DNA from: Minisyncoccota bacterium
Lineage (GTDB): Bacteria > Patescibacteriota > Minisyncoccia > UBA6257 > HR35
DNA: 64,000 nt
Direction of reading: 5' to 3'
Assembly (NCBI GenBank): GCA_032249155.1
Contig: JAVVGJ010000001.1
Span: 10,883-74,882, forward strand
Shown one piece after another: positions 18,702 through 27,892 of the stretch. The position numbers and the translations under genes are program-made. Within the stretch, counting starts at the first letter, position 1. The number at the start of each line of letters is the position of its first letter. A model generated the notes under the pieces. The model saw only the letters and a list, made by a program, of their open reading frames with translations. It did not search any database and had not been told where the DNA came from.

Positions 18702-19058
18702 TTAAAATTCTATACCTTTTTCCCTTAATTTTTCGGCAAAAATTTTTATTCGACCTTTATAACTAAAACCACCTCTATCAAAAACAATTTTATTAATTTG
18801 TTTTTCTTTGAGTCTTTCAGCTAAAACTTCAGCTAATTTAGAAATTTTTTCTTTTCGAGAAGCTTTTAAATCTCTAAATTCTAAAGTAGAAGCAGAAACA
18901 AGCGTTTTTCCTTGAATATCATCAATAACTTGGGCATACAAATGATTGTTTGATTTAAAAACACTGAGTCTTGGTCTTTCTGGTGTTCCTGAAATTTTTT
19001 TTCTAATTCTCAAATGTCTTCTAATTCTTTTATCTTTTTTACTTTCTTTTTTTCTCAT
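18702..19058 (-). CDS. rplR: 50S ribosomal protein L18
   Basis: RLSVFKSNNHLYAQVIDD; operon position. Confidence 0.9.
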   Translation of the reverse strand: MRKKESKKDKRIRRHLRIRKKISGTPERPRLSVFKSNNHLYAQVIDDIQGKTLVSASTLEFRDLKASRKEKISKLAEVLAERLKEKQINKIVFDRGGFSYKGRIKIFAEKLREKGIEF

Positions 19059-19059
19059 T

Positions 19060-19617
19060 TTACTTTCCTAATTTTTTAACTGGTTTAGTAGGAATAAATT
19101 CGCCCTCATACATAAAGCCTTTTAAGTGATATCTGTCAGCAGGTTTTAAAGCTTTTATTTTAGCAGCAAAATTGCCAACCTCTTCTTTTTCAATGCCTTT
19201 AATGTAAATTAAAAATCTTCCTTTTTCTCCTTTTACTTCTACTTCGAGACCTTGAGGAATTTCAACCACAACTGGATGAGAAAAACCTAATTTTAAAAAA
19301 ATTTCCTTTCCTTTAACTTCGGCAGAGTAACCTAATCCTTGCAAAATAAGGGTTTTAATAAATCCTTGAGTAACCCCAATGATTTTATTTTGAAGAAGAG
19401 CTCTTAAAGTTCCCCAAAGAGCTTTTGTTTTTTTATCTAATTCTTCAGCTTTTGGAAAAATTTTAATTTCTCCATTTTCAAAAATTAAATTAAAAATATC
19501 TTTAGGATAAGAAAAACTTGTTTCTCCTTTAGGACCTTTTATTTTTAAAATTCCATCACTTTCTTCAATTTTCACTTCTTGAGGAATTTTAATTGGTTTT
19601 TTACCTATTTTTGACAT
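19060..19617 (-). CDS. rplF: 50S ribosomal protein L6
   Basis: MSKIGKKPIKIPQEVKIE; operon position. Confidence 0.95.
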   Translation of the reverse strand: MSKIGKKPIKIPQEVKIEESDGILKIKGPKGETSFSYPKDIFNLIFENGEIKIFPKAEELDKKTKALWGTLRALLQNKIIGVTQGFIKTLILQGLGYSAEVKGKEIFLKLGFSHPVVVEIPQGLEVEVKGEKGRFLIYIKGIEKEEVGNFAAKIKALKPADRYHLKGFMYEGEFIPTKPVKKLGK

Positions 19618-20015
19618 TAATAAATTTCACAAATAACTTCGCCGCCTAATTTTCTTCTTTTAGCTTCAATATCTGTCATCACACCTCGAGAAGTAGAAAC
19701 AATTCTAAAACCAAAACCACTTCTTACTGGTTTAAAATCTCTATAACCCATATAAACCCTTCTTCCAGGTTTAGAAACTCTTACAAGATTTTCAATTAAA
19801 GGCTCTCCGTTTTCATCATATTTTAAAGTTAAAACTATAAATTTCTTACCATTTTCTTCTCTAATCTTAAAATCTTGAATAAGTTCTTTTTCTTTTAAAA
19901 TTTTTGAAATAGCTAATTTCATCTTCGAATAAGGAGCTTCAACTTTCTTTTTCTTTACTTTCAAAGCATTTCTAATTCTTGTTAAAAAGTCAGCGATAGG
20001 ATCAGTCATTACCAT
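19617..20015 (-). CDS. rpsH: 30S ribosomal protein S8
   Basis: TDPIADFLTRIRNA. Confidence 0.95.
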   Translation of the reverse strand: MVMTDPIADFLTRIRNALKVKKKKVEAPYSKMKLAISKILKEKELIQDFKIREENGKKFIVLTLKYDENGEPLIENLVRVSKPGRRVYMGYRDFKPVRSGFGFRIVSTSRGVMTDIEAKRRKLGGEVICEIY

Positions 20016-20016
20016 T

Positions 20017-20202
20017 TTACCAACTTGCTTTTTTAAGCCCGGGAATTTCTCCCCGATGAGCCATTTCTCTTAAACAAATTCGACACAAATTAAAATCTCT
20101 AAAATAACCTCTTGTCCTTCCACAACGAAAGCAAAAATTTCTTTTTCTTGTTTTAAATTTTGGTTCTTTTTTCCAACGTTCTATTTGTGCTTTGCTTGGC
20201 AT
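20017..20202 (-). CDS. rpsN: 30S ribosomal protein S14, type Z (zinc form)
   Basis: 61 aa; [20 protein letters not shown]. Confidence 0.95.
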   Translation of the reverse strand: MPSKAQIERWKKEPKFKTRKRNFCFRCGRTRGYFRDFNLCRICLREMAHRGEIPGLKKASW

Positions 20203-20753
20203 TATTTTTTAATAGGAAAACCTAAAACTTCCCAAAGTTTCAGGTTTTCTTCTTTGGTTTTTCCTGAAGCGACTAAATTTACTTCAAAACCAAAGCTATA
20301 TTTAATTTTATCAGAAATTGTCTCCGGAAAGACATTTGCTTCTTTAAGGCCTAAATTAATGTTCCCTTTAGCATCAAAATTTTTAGATGTTAAACCTTTA
20401 AAATCTTTAGCTCTAGGAAGAGCATAAGTCAAAAGTCTCTCTATAAAATCTAAAAGTCTCTTTTTTCTAAGAGTGACTAAAAGGGCTACAGGCATTCCTT
20501 TTCTTAACTTAAAACCAGCTACCGATTTTTTAGCTAAAACGAGTTTAGGCTTTTGACCTGTTATCATAGAAAGAACAAAACTAGCATCTTCAATAATTCT
20601 TTCTTTATTTTCCGGAGAATTAGCAACCATTTTACCTATACCAATTTGAACTATTCCTTTAACTGGTCTAGGAACTCTTAAATCATTTTCGATCTTAAGT
20701 TCTTCTTTAAGTCTGGGAATTATTTCTTTATAAAAACTTTCTCTTAAAGCCAT
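20202..20753 (-). CDS. rplE: 50S ribosomal protein L5
   Basis: [18 protein letters not shown]; operon position. Confidence 0.95.
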   Translation of the reverse strand: MALRESFYKEIIPRLKEELKIENDLRVPRPVKGIVQIGIGKMVANSPENKERIIEDASFVLSMITGQKPKLVLAKKSVAGFKLRKGMPVALLVTLRKKRLLDFIERLLTYALPRAKDFKGLTSKNFDAKGNINLGLKEANVFPETISDKIKYSFGFEVNLVASGKTKEENLKLWEVLGFPIKK

Positions 20754-20755
20754 TT

Positions 20756-21064
20756 TTAAAATGATTTATTACATTTTTTACAATATCTGACCTTCTTTTC
20801 TCCTTCGAACCTAAAACCTACTTTGGTAGGTTTTGAACATGATGGACAAATTAATCTAACATTAGCCCATGAAAGAGGAGCGGGTATTTCTACAATTTTT
20901 CCTTTCTCTCCTACTCTTTTTGGTTTAAGATGTTTTTTAACCAAATTAACTCCTTCAACAATAATTCTTGCTTCTTTAGGAATAACTTTAATCACTTTTC
21001 CTTTCTTTCCTTTGTCTTTACCTTTCACAACTAAAACTGTGTCTCCTTTTTTTATTTTTTGCAT
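20756..21064 (-). CDS. rplX: 50S ribosomal protein L24 (with C-terminal CxxC...CxxC)
   Basis: KOW motif KIKKGDTVLVVKGKDKGKKGKV. The track start at 21073 is a TTG; the first ATG is 21064. Confidence 0.9.
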   Translation of the reverse strand: MQKIKKGDTVLVVKGKDKGKKGKVIKVIPKEARIIVEGVNLVKKHLKPKRVGEKGKIVEIPAPLSWANVRLICPSCSKPTKVGFRFEGEKKVRYCKKCNKSF

Positions 21065-21065
21065 T

Positions 21066-21434
21066 TTAAACAAGTTCGGTAGCTAAATTAGCGATCTTGT
21101 CATAACCTAATTCCTTAATTTCTCTTGGAATAGGACCAAAAATTCTGGTTCCGTAAATATCTTTATCTCCCTTCAAAATAACGCAAGCATTTTCTTCAAA
21201 TCTTATATATGTACCATCTTTTCTTCTAAAAGGTTTTTTTTGTCTAACTACCAAACATCTTACCACCATTCCTTTTTGAATTTCCCTTCTTGGTTCGGCT
21301 TCTTTTACAGAACAAGTAATAATATCACCAATTTCTGCATAACGAGCATTCCCTTTACCAACAATACCAATACATTGAAGCTTAATAGCTCCAGAATTAT
21401 CTGCACATTTTAAAATTGTTCTTCTTTGGATCAT
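21066..21434 (-). CDS. rplN: 50S ribosomal protein L14
   Basis: MIQRRTILKCADNSGA. Confidence 0.97.
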   Translation of the reverse strand: MIQRRTILKCADNSGAIKLQCIGIVGKGNARYAEIGDIITCSVKEAEPRREIQKGMVVRCLVVRQKKPFRRKDGTYIRFEENACVILKGDKDIYGTRIFGPIPREIKELGYDKIANLATELV

Positions 21435-21676
21435 TTTTCTGCTTTTTTAATAATTTTTACTAAGCGCCATCTTTTAAGTTTAGAAATTGGCCTTGTTTCT
21501 TCAATTAAAACTACATCACCTTCACGAGATTCTTCTTTTTCGTCATGAACGTAATATTTGGTTCGATGACGATAATATTTTTTATAAAGAGGATGTTTTC
21601 TTAAAGTTTCGCTTATAACTACTCTTGTTTTTTGCATCTTATCTGAAATAACTTTACCAACAACTTTTTTTCTCAT
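21431..21676 (-). CDS. rpsQ: 30S ribosomal protein S17
   Basis: VVGKVISDKMQKTRVV; operon position. Confidence 0.9.
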   Translation of the reverse strand: MRKKVVGKVISDKMQKTRVVISETLRKHPLYKKYYRHRTKYYVHDEKEESREGDVVLIEETRPISKLKRWRLVKIIKKAEK

Positions 21677-21882
21677 TTTTGTCTTAATTTTTCATTAATG
21701 ACCGTAAGAACCCTAGCTAAATCTTTTCTTGCAAATTTTAAAAGATGTGGTTTATCTAATTTTTTCAAAGCCTTCATCATTTTCAATTCTTGAATTTTCT
21801 TTCTCAACTCTCTTTCCAACTTTCTAAGTTCTTCAATTGTTTTTTCTCTAAGTTCTTTGGCTTTCATTTTATTCACTGACAA
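21673..21882 (-). CDS. rpmC: 50S ribosomal protein L29
   Basis: 69-aa helical protein, ELREKTIEELRKLERELRKK; operon position. Confidence 0.85.
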   Translation of the reverse strand: MSVNKMKAKELREKTIEELRKLERELRKKIQELKMMKALKKLDKPHLLKFARKDLARVLTVINEKLRQK

Positions 21883-22279
21883 TTTTTGTTTTTACTGAAA
21901 GTTTATGTTGGACCCTTTTAAGTAAGTTTTTAAGATCATCTTTAGGAAGACCGGCTACTTCAAACATAATCGTTCCTGGCCTAACAAGAGCTACATAAGT
22001 TTCCACATCTCCTTTACCTCCACCCATTCTTACTTCAGGAGGTTTTTTAGTTTTTGGTTTATGGGGAAAAATTCTAAGCCAATATCTTCCTTTTTTACCT
22101 AAGCCTCTTTTAAGCTCGTTTATAGCTGCTTCAATTTCTTTAGCATCAACCATTTTTGTTTCTAAAGCTTTAAGCCCCATTTCTCCAAAACTCAAAAGAT
22201 GTCCTTTGGTAGTAATACTTCTCTTAAGAGATCTTCCTTTAAAAGCTTTTCGATACTTTAACTTTCTAGGCTGCAGCAT
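21869..22279 (-). CDS. rplP: 50S ribosomal protein L16
   Basis: MLQPRKLKYRKAFKGR. Confidence 0.95.
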   Translation of the reverse strand: MLQPRKLKYRKAFKGRSLKRSITTKGHLLSFGEMGLKALETKMVDAKEIEAAINELKRGLGKKGRYWLRIFPHKPKTKKPPEVRMGGGKGDVETYVALVRPGTIMFEVAGLPKDDLKNLLKRVQHKLSVKTKIVSE

Positions 22280-22949
22280 TTTCTAAATAATCTTTTTTAT
22301 CGCCCCTATAAAGCCAAACTTTTACACCATTAGTTCCATACTTTGTCATTATAACTTTAAAACCATAATCAATATCAGCTGTGAGTTTAGAAAGTGGAAG
22401 TTTCCCATAAGCCATGGTTTCTTCTCTGGAAATATCAGCACCATCTATTCTACCTGAAACTTTTATTTTTATTCCTTGAATTTCTTTAATTTCCTTAACT
22501 TGGTTAAGAATATTTTTCATAGCTGTTCTTGTTTTAACACCTTTTTCTATTTGAATAGCTATTTGTTCAGCAAGATACTGAGCATAAAGATAAGGTTTTT
22601 TAACTTCAACAACGCTAATATCAAGAGAAGGATAAGAAAGTTTTGTATTTTGAAAAAGTGGTTTAAGTACTTTTTCCAATCTTTTATAAAGGTTTTTTAA
22701 ATTTTGTCCGTCTTTACCAACAACAATACCTGGTTTAGCAGCATAAATTTCAACTTTACATTGGTCTAAGCTTTTTCTTTCAATTATAACATCAATAATT
22801 CCATGACGAGGAAACATCTTATCTATTTCTTTTCTAATAAGATAATCTGCTTGTAAAAAAATAGGATAATATTTACTAAAGAACCATCTCGATCTCCAAT
22901 TTCTATTAATTCCTATTCTTAAAGCATATGGTGGCACTTTATGACCCAT
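22266..22949 (-). CDS. rpsC: 30S ribosomal protein S3
   Basis: [23 protein letters not shown]. Confidence 0.95.
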   Translation of the reverse strand: MGHKVPPYALRIGINRNWRSRWFFSKYYPIFLQADYLIRKEIDKMFPRHGIIDVIIERKSLDQCKVEIYAAKPGIVVGKDGQNLKNLYKRLEKVLKPLFQNTKLSYPSLDISVVEVKKPYLYAQYLAEQIAIQIEKGVKTRTAMKNILNQVKEIKEIQGIKIKVSGRIDGADISREETMAYGKLPLSKLTADIDYGFKVIMTKYGTNGVKVWLYRGDKKDYLENAAA

Positions 22950-23280
22950 TTTTGGAAGCTAAGATAATTTCTATATGCGACGTTTGTTTTCTAATTAAAC
23001 CAACTCTTCCTAAGGCTTTAAAATAATATCTTTTATAAGCAGGACCTTTATTTACAGTAATATTTTTTACATAAAGATTTTCTTTTGTTAAACCCTGACT
23101 TAAAGCATTAGCTACAGCTGACTTTAAAAGTTTTAAAATTGCTTTAGCTGCTTTCTTATTTCGGAAAAGAAGTTCTTTTTCAGCTCTTTCCACATCAAGA
23201 CCTTTAATAACTTTAGCTACAAGTCTTACCTTTCTTGGTGACATTCTAAAATATTTTAAAACAGCTTTTACTTCTTTCAT
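22939..23280 (-). CDS. rplV: 50S ribosomal protein L22
   Basis: [22 protein letters not shown]. Confidence 0.9.
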   Translation of the reverse strand: MKEVKAVLKYFRMSPRKVRLVAKVIKGLDVERAEKELLFRNKKAAKAILKLLKSAVANALSQGLTKENLYVKNITVNKGPAYKRYYFKALGRVGLIRKQTSHIEIILASKNGS

Positions 23281-23600
23281 TTTTGAAGCGTTCCTTGAGT
23301 GCTTAATTTCTTCTCTAATTCTCTAGCAGCTTTACCTCCATGTCTTATGAATTTCCTTGTGGGCGCAAATTCTCCTAATCTATGGCCTACCATATCATCA
23401 ATAACTTTAACTTTTACAAATTGCTTACCGTTATGAACTTCAAAAACTAAACCAATCATCTCAGGAGTAATTGTTGAAGCGCGAGAATAAGTTCGAATAG
23501 GATGTTTATCCCATTCTTCTCTTGGCAAAGATTTAACCTTCATAACTTTCTTTAAAAGTTTTTTATCTACAAATGGACCTTTTTTTAAACTTCTACCCAT
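23277..23600 (-). CDS. rpsS: 30S ribosomal protein S19
   Basis: [19 protein letters not shown]. Confidence 0.95.
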   Translation of the reverse strand: MGRSLKKGPFVDKKLLKKVMKVKSLPREEWDKHPIRTYSRASTITPEMIGLVFEVHNGKQFVKVKVIDDMVGHRLGEFAPTRKFIRHGGKAARELEKKLSTQGTLQK

Positions 23601-23602
23601 TT

Positions 23603-24448
23603 TTATCTTTTCTTTGGTCTTCTTTGAATAATAAATTTATTTGAAGGCTTTCTAGGATTTCTAGTTTTTCGACCACCAGTAACATTTCCCCATTTATCTT
23701 TTGGCTTTCTTGTTCCTCTTGTAGTTTTTCCTTCTCCGCCACCATGGGGGTGATCTCTAGCATTCATTGCTGTACCTCTAACATTTGGCCTAATTCCTTT
23801 CCATCTATTTCTACCAGCTTTCCCTATCCTTACATTTCTATGATCTGAATTGGAAACTCTACCAATACTTGCATAACACTCTTTATGAATTTTTCTTATT
23901 TCTCCAGAAGGCATTTTTATAATAGCATAATCTCCTTCTATACCCATCATGACAGCAAAACTTCCAGCAGAACGAACAAGCTTTCCTCCAGAACCAGGAA
24001 AAAGTTCTATTTCATAAATCTCTGTTCCTGGATTGATATTTTTTAATGGAAGTCTGTTTCCTAATTTGACTTCTACATTTTCCCCACACAAAATTGTATC
24101 TCCTACTTTTATACCTTCAGGGGCTAAATGGTATCTTCTTTCACCATCAAGATAACATACTCTCATAATAAAAGCAGTTCTATTAGGATCATATTCAATA
24201 GTTTCTACTTTAGCAGGAACATTTTTTTTATCTAATCTCGAAAAGTCAACAATTCGATAAAGCCTTCGATGATAGGGATTAGCTCTAAATCTTACTGTAA
24301 TTCTTCCTTGACTGTTTCTGGCTGTTCTTTTTTTTAAAGAAACTAAAAGAGGCTTATAAGGCTCTGTTTCTGTCAAAACAGACTTATAATCAATAACTGT
24401 CTTAACAATTTTACTTTTGCTTCTTGATTTAACTGTTTTTACTGGCAT
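23603..24448 (-). CDS. rplB: 50S ribosomal protein L2
   Basis: [14 protein letters not shown]. The track start at 24460 is a TTG; the first ATG (MPVKTVK) is 24448. Confidence 0.97.
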   Translation of the reverse strand: MPVKTVKSRSKSKIVKTVIDYKSVLTETEPYKPLLVSLKKRTARNSQGRITVRFRANPYHRRLYRIVDFSRLDKKNVPAKVETIEYDPNRTAFIMRVCYLDGERRYHLAPEGIKVGDTILCGENVEVKLGNRLPLKNINPGTEIYEIELFPGSGGKLVRSAGSFAVMMGIEGDYAIIKMPSGEIRKIHKECYASIGRVSNSDHRNVRIGKAGRNRWKGIRPNVRGTAMNARDHPHGGGEGKTTRGTRKPKDKWGNVTGGRKTRNPRKPSNKFIIQRRPKKR

Positions 24449-24481
24449 TTTTAAAAACAAAAATAAAAAAGCGCTTTTTTA

Positions 24482-24490
24482 ATTATAACA
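24482..24490 (-). promoter_or_regulatory. possible internal extended -10 (TGTTATAAT) in the rplW-rplB gap
   Basis: Minus strand reads aTGTTATAAT-taaaaaaGCGCtttttt...ATG(rplB). This is the same 9-mer as upstream of rpmE. Confidence 0.35.
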
Positions 24491-24500
24491 TAAACATCAC

Positions 24501-24902
24501 TTATTCGAAAAGAGGTATCCTTTCTCCTTTTTCTAAAAAGACAATAGCTTTTTTAAATTTTGGCCTTGAGGTTTTTATTCTGACAATACTTCCTCTAACT
24601 CTTTTTGGATAATTAATAGTTCTTACTTTCTTTACTTTAACGCCAAAGAGTTTTTTAACAATATTTTTTATTTGACTTTTATTTAGTTTAGGATCAACAA
24701 GAAAAGTATAAGCATTATTTTCTCTTATAAGCTTCATAGCCTTTTCAGAAAAAAGAGGTACAAAAAGATAATTTTCAGAAAGGGAATCTTTTAAAGATAA
24801 CTCTTTCTTTTCCTCTCTAGAAGTTTCTTTATTTTTTTCCTCTTCCTCTTTTTTCTTCTTTCCCCAAATTTTTCCTCCCCAAATTTTATCCCAAAGAGAC
24901 AT
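24501..24902 (-). CDS. rplW: 50S ribosomal protein L23 with Lys/Glu-rich N-terminal extension
   Basis: Core YTFLVDPKLNKSQIKNIVKKLFGVKVKKVRT, preceded by about 45 extra residues (MSLWDKIWGGKIWGKKKKEEEEKNKETSREEKK...). Confidence 0.85.
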   Translation of the reverse strand: MSLWDKIWGGKIWGKKKKEEEEKNKETSREEKKELSLKDSLSENYLFVPLFSEKAMKLIRENNAYTFLVDPKLNKSQIKNIVKKLFGVKVKKVRTINYPKRVRGSIVRIKTSRPKFKKAIVFLEKGERIPLFE

Positions 24903-24904
24903 TT

Positions 24905-25552
24905 TTAAATCTTAAAAGTTTCTTTAATTTTTTCTATCGCACCTTTTTCCAAGAAGACATATTTATGGTTTAAAAGAGAAAGAATATTTAAATTGCGAGC
25001 TTCGATAGCAAAAGCATAAGGAAGGTTTCTTATTCCTTTAATAACTTCTTTTTTATTATTTTCTAAAACAAGCAAAGCTGTTTCTCTTTTCTTTTTTGTT
25101 TTTCTTTCTTTTAAAAATTTTTCAAGTATTTTTGATATTTCTTTTGTTTTTCCATTGACAAAATCAAAATTATCAAATACTTTCAAATAATTATTTCTTA
25201 ATTTTTCCGCTAAAACCATAAGAATAGCTTTTCTTCTCATTTTTTTATTTATTTTTAAAGTTCTCTTTTTCTCTTTTCTTGGACCAAAAGTTACGCCACC
25301 ACCTTTCCAAATGGGTGATCTTATTGATCCATGTCTAGCTCTTCCAGTATGTTTTTGGGGCCAAGGTTTTCTACCACCACCCCTTACTTCTCCTCTTGTT
25401 TTAGTATGAGCATAAGGAAAATAAGAATTCATCATTTGCCATCTGGCTGCTTGATGCACTAAATTTTCATTAAATTCTAAATTAGCAATTTCTTCAGGAA
25501 ATTCAATTTCTCCAACTATCTTACCTTCTTTGTCATATACAGGAAGTTTCAT
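24905..25552 (-). CDS. rplD: 50S ribosomal protein L4
   Basis: RGEVRGGGRKPWPQKHTGRARHGSIRSPIWKGGG. The track start at 25564 is a TTG; the first ATG is 25552. Confidence 0.9.
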   Translation of the reverse strand: MKLPVYDKEGKIVGEIEFPEEIANLEFNENLVHQAARWQMMNSYFPYAHTKTRGEVRGGGRKPWPQKHTGRARHGSIRSPIWKGGGVTFGPRKEKKRTLKINKKMRRKAILMVLAEKLRNNYLKVFDNFDFVNGKTKEISKILEKFLKERKTKKKRETALLVLENNKKEVIKGIRNLPYAFAIEARNLNILSLLNHKYVFLEKGAIEKIKETFKI

Positions 25553-25560
25553 TTTAAGTT

Positions 25561-26244
25561 TCAAACTTTAATTAATTTAGAAATTTTTTTAGTTAGAAAA
25601 ATATTACCTTTATTAGAAAGAAAATTGCTTCTTATTTCAACAATTTTTTTATTGGCACCTGGTACGCTACCTTTAAGAGCCAAAAGATGATGTTCTGGCA
25701 AAATATCAACAATTTCTAAATTTTTAACAGTGACTCTTAAAGGAGAAATTTTACCAGCCATTTTTTTTCCTTTAATAACTCTTTGAGGATTAGTTCCTCC
25801 TATTGATCCAGGATGTCTCAATCTATCTTCTTGACCATGGCTTTTTGGACCACCACTAAAACCATGTCTTTTAACTACTCCTTGAAACCCTTTAGCTTTT
25901 CTTTCGCCAGAAACGTTTACATATTCACCAATTTCAAAAATATTTACATCTAAAACGTCACCAACTTTAAATTCAGGATCAAAAGGAAGTCTAAATTCTC
26001 TAATAACTTCAAAATTTCCTAAATCTTTCAAAATTCCTTTAACAGGTTTTGGTAATTTCTTTTTATATCCAAAGCCTAAAATTACCGAAGAGTAACCATC
26101 TTTTTCTTTGGTTTTCACACCAACAACATAGTTAGGCCCAGCCAAAATAATTGTTACAGGAATTAGAAAATCGTTCTTAAAAATTTGCGTCATACCTATT
26201 TTTCTTCCTAATAAAAATTTTGGTTTTAAATTTAAATTTTCCAT
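25561..26244 (-). CDS. rplC: 50S ribosomal protein L3
   Basis: LLGRKIGMTQIF. Confidence 0.95.
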   Translation of the reverse strand: MENLNLKPKFLLGRKIGMTQIFKNDFLIPVTIILAGPNYVVGVKTKEKDGYSSVILGFGYKKKLPKPVKGILKDLGNFEVIREFRLPFDPEFKVGDVLDVNIFEIGEYVNVSGERKAKGFQGVVKRHGFSGGPKSHGQEDRLRHPGSIGGTNPQRVIKGKKMAGKISPLRVTVKNLEIVDILPEHHLLALKGSVPGANKKIVEIRSNFLSNKGNIFLTKKISKLIKV

Positions 26245-26273
26245 TTTTGAATTTTCACCAAAAGTTTTAACAG

Positions 26274-26603
26274 TTAAAGAAGCTTAATTTCTACTTCGAT
26301 GCCAGCTGGCAAATCTAAAGAGTTAAGAAGCTCTAAAACTCTTTGCGAAGGATTTAAAATATCTATAATTCTTTTATGAATAACAATTTCAAATTGTTCT
26401 CGAGAATCTTTGTAAATAAAAGGAGAGCGATTCACTGTATATCTTCGATATTCGGTAGGTAGCGGAATTGGCCCTTTAATAGGAATGCCTTCTTTACTTA
26501 AGAGACTTACAATTTCTTTAAGATATCTATCTAAAAGTCTATGATCATAAGATTTAAATCTAATCCTAACTTTATTTTCTGTCTTTGAGGTTGCTTTAGG
26601 CAT
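26274..26603 (-). CDS. rpsJ: 30S ribosomal protein S10
   Basis: KVRIRFKSYDHRLLD. Confidence 0.95.
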   Translation of the reverse strand: MPKATSKTENKVRIRFKSYDHRLLDRYLKEIVSLLSKEGIPIKGPIPLPTEYRRYTVNRSPFIYKDSREQFEIVIHKRIIDILNPSQRVLELLNSLDLPAGIEVEIKLL

Positions 26604-26612
26604 TTTTTATTT

Positions 26613-27809
26613 TTACTTTATTATTTTAGTTACTACACCTGCACCAACAGTTTTACCACCTTCTCGGATAGCAAACCTTAATCCTTCTTCTAAAGCTATT
26701 GGATAAATAAGAGTAACTTTTATTTTAGCATTATCTCCAGGATTAATAAATTCAATACCTTCAGGAAGTTTTATTTCACCAGTAACATCGGTGGTTCGGA
26801 AATAAAATTGTGGTTTATATCCTGAAGTAAAAGGTGTATGTCTACCTCCTTCTTCTGGTGTAAGAACATAAACTTCTGCTTCAAATTCAGTATGTGGAGT
26901 AATGGTTCCTGGTTTAGCTACAACCATTCCCCTTTCCACATCTTCTTTCTTGACACCTCTTAAAAGTAAACCAACGTTATCTCCAGCAATAGCTTCATCC
27001 ATATCTTTATGAAACATTTGAATACCGGTAACTACTGTTTTAAATGGTTCATGTCTTAAACCAACAACCTCAACTTCTTCGTTTAAAGCAATCTTACCTC
27101 TTTCAACCCTTCCAGTTACTACCGTACCTCTACCTTCAATAAGGAAGACATCTTCAATAGGCATCAAGAATGGTTTATCAATTTCTCTCACTGGTTCAGG
27201 AATGTAGTTGTCTAAGGCATCAAGAAGTTCTAAAATTGGTTTTGCCCAAGGATCATCAAGTGATTTTGCTTCTAAAGCTTTAAGAGCTGAACCTCGAATA
27301 ACTGGAACTTCATCTCCTGGATAACCGTGTTTTTTAAGTTCTGCTCTCACATCTTCCTCAACTAAATCAATAAGTTCTTTATCAGGTACCATATCAACTT
27401 TATTAATAAAGACAACAATAGCTGGAACATTAACTTGACGAGCAAGTAAAATATGTTCTCTTGTTTGAGCCATAACACCATCATTAGCAGCAACAACCAA
27501 AATAGCACCATCCATTTGAGCAGCTCCAACAATCATGTTTTTAACATAGTCAGCATGACCTGGACAGTCGATATGAGCATAGTGTCTTTTATCGGTTTCA
27601 TATTCGCAGTGATGGATATTAATAGTAATTCCTCTGGCTTTTTCTTCTGGAGCCTTATCAATTTCTTCATAGGTCAAAGCTTTTTCGACCAAACCCTTGA
27701 GTTTTAAAATATGCAAAATAGCTGCTGTTAAAGTTGTTTTACCGTGATCAATGTGTCCGATGGTACCTACATTAAGGTGTGGTTTTGTTCTTTCAAATTT
27801 TGCTGCCAT
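26613..27809 (-). CDS. tuf: elongation factor Tu
   Basis: [25 protein letters not shown]; 398 aa. Confidence 0.98.
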   Translation of the reverse strand: MAAKFERTKPHLNVGTIGHIDHGKTTLTAAILHILKLKGLVEKALTYEEIDKAPEEKARGITINIHHCEYETDKRHYAHIDCPGHADYVKNMIVGAAQMDGAILVVAANDGVMAQTREHILLARQVNVPAIVVFINKVDMVPDKELIDLVEEDVRAELKKHGYPGDEVPVIRGSALKALEAKSLDDPWAKPILELLDALDNYIPEPVREIDKPFLMPIEDVFLIEGRGTVVTGRVERGKIALNEEVEVVGLRHEPFKTVVTGIQMFHKDMDEAIAGDNVGLLLRGVKKEDVERGMVVAKPGTITPHTEFEAEVYVLTPEEGGRHTPFTSGYKPQFYFRTTDVTGEIKLPEGIEFINPGDNAKIKVTLIYPIALEEGLRFAIREGGKTVGAGVVTKIIK

Positions 27810-27857
27810 TTTAAATTTAATAAGAAAAATAAAAACGCGACCTCAAAATTTAGATTA

Positions 27858-27887
27858 ATTTTAACATAAAAATCTTAGAAAAGTCAA
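27858..27887 (-). promoter_or_regulatory. sigma70-like promoter for tuf / S10 block: TTGACT-18-TGtTAAAAT
   Basis: Minus strand reads TTGACTtttctaagatttttaTGTTAAAATtaatctaAATTTTGAGGTCGCG...ATG. It sits in the 83-nt thrS-tuf gap. Confidence 0.55.
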
Positions 27888-27892
27888 TAAAA

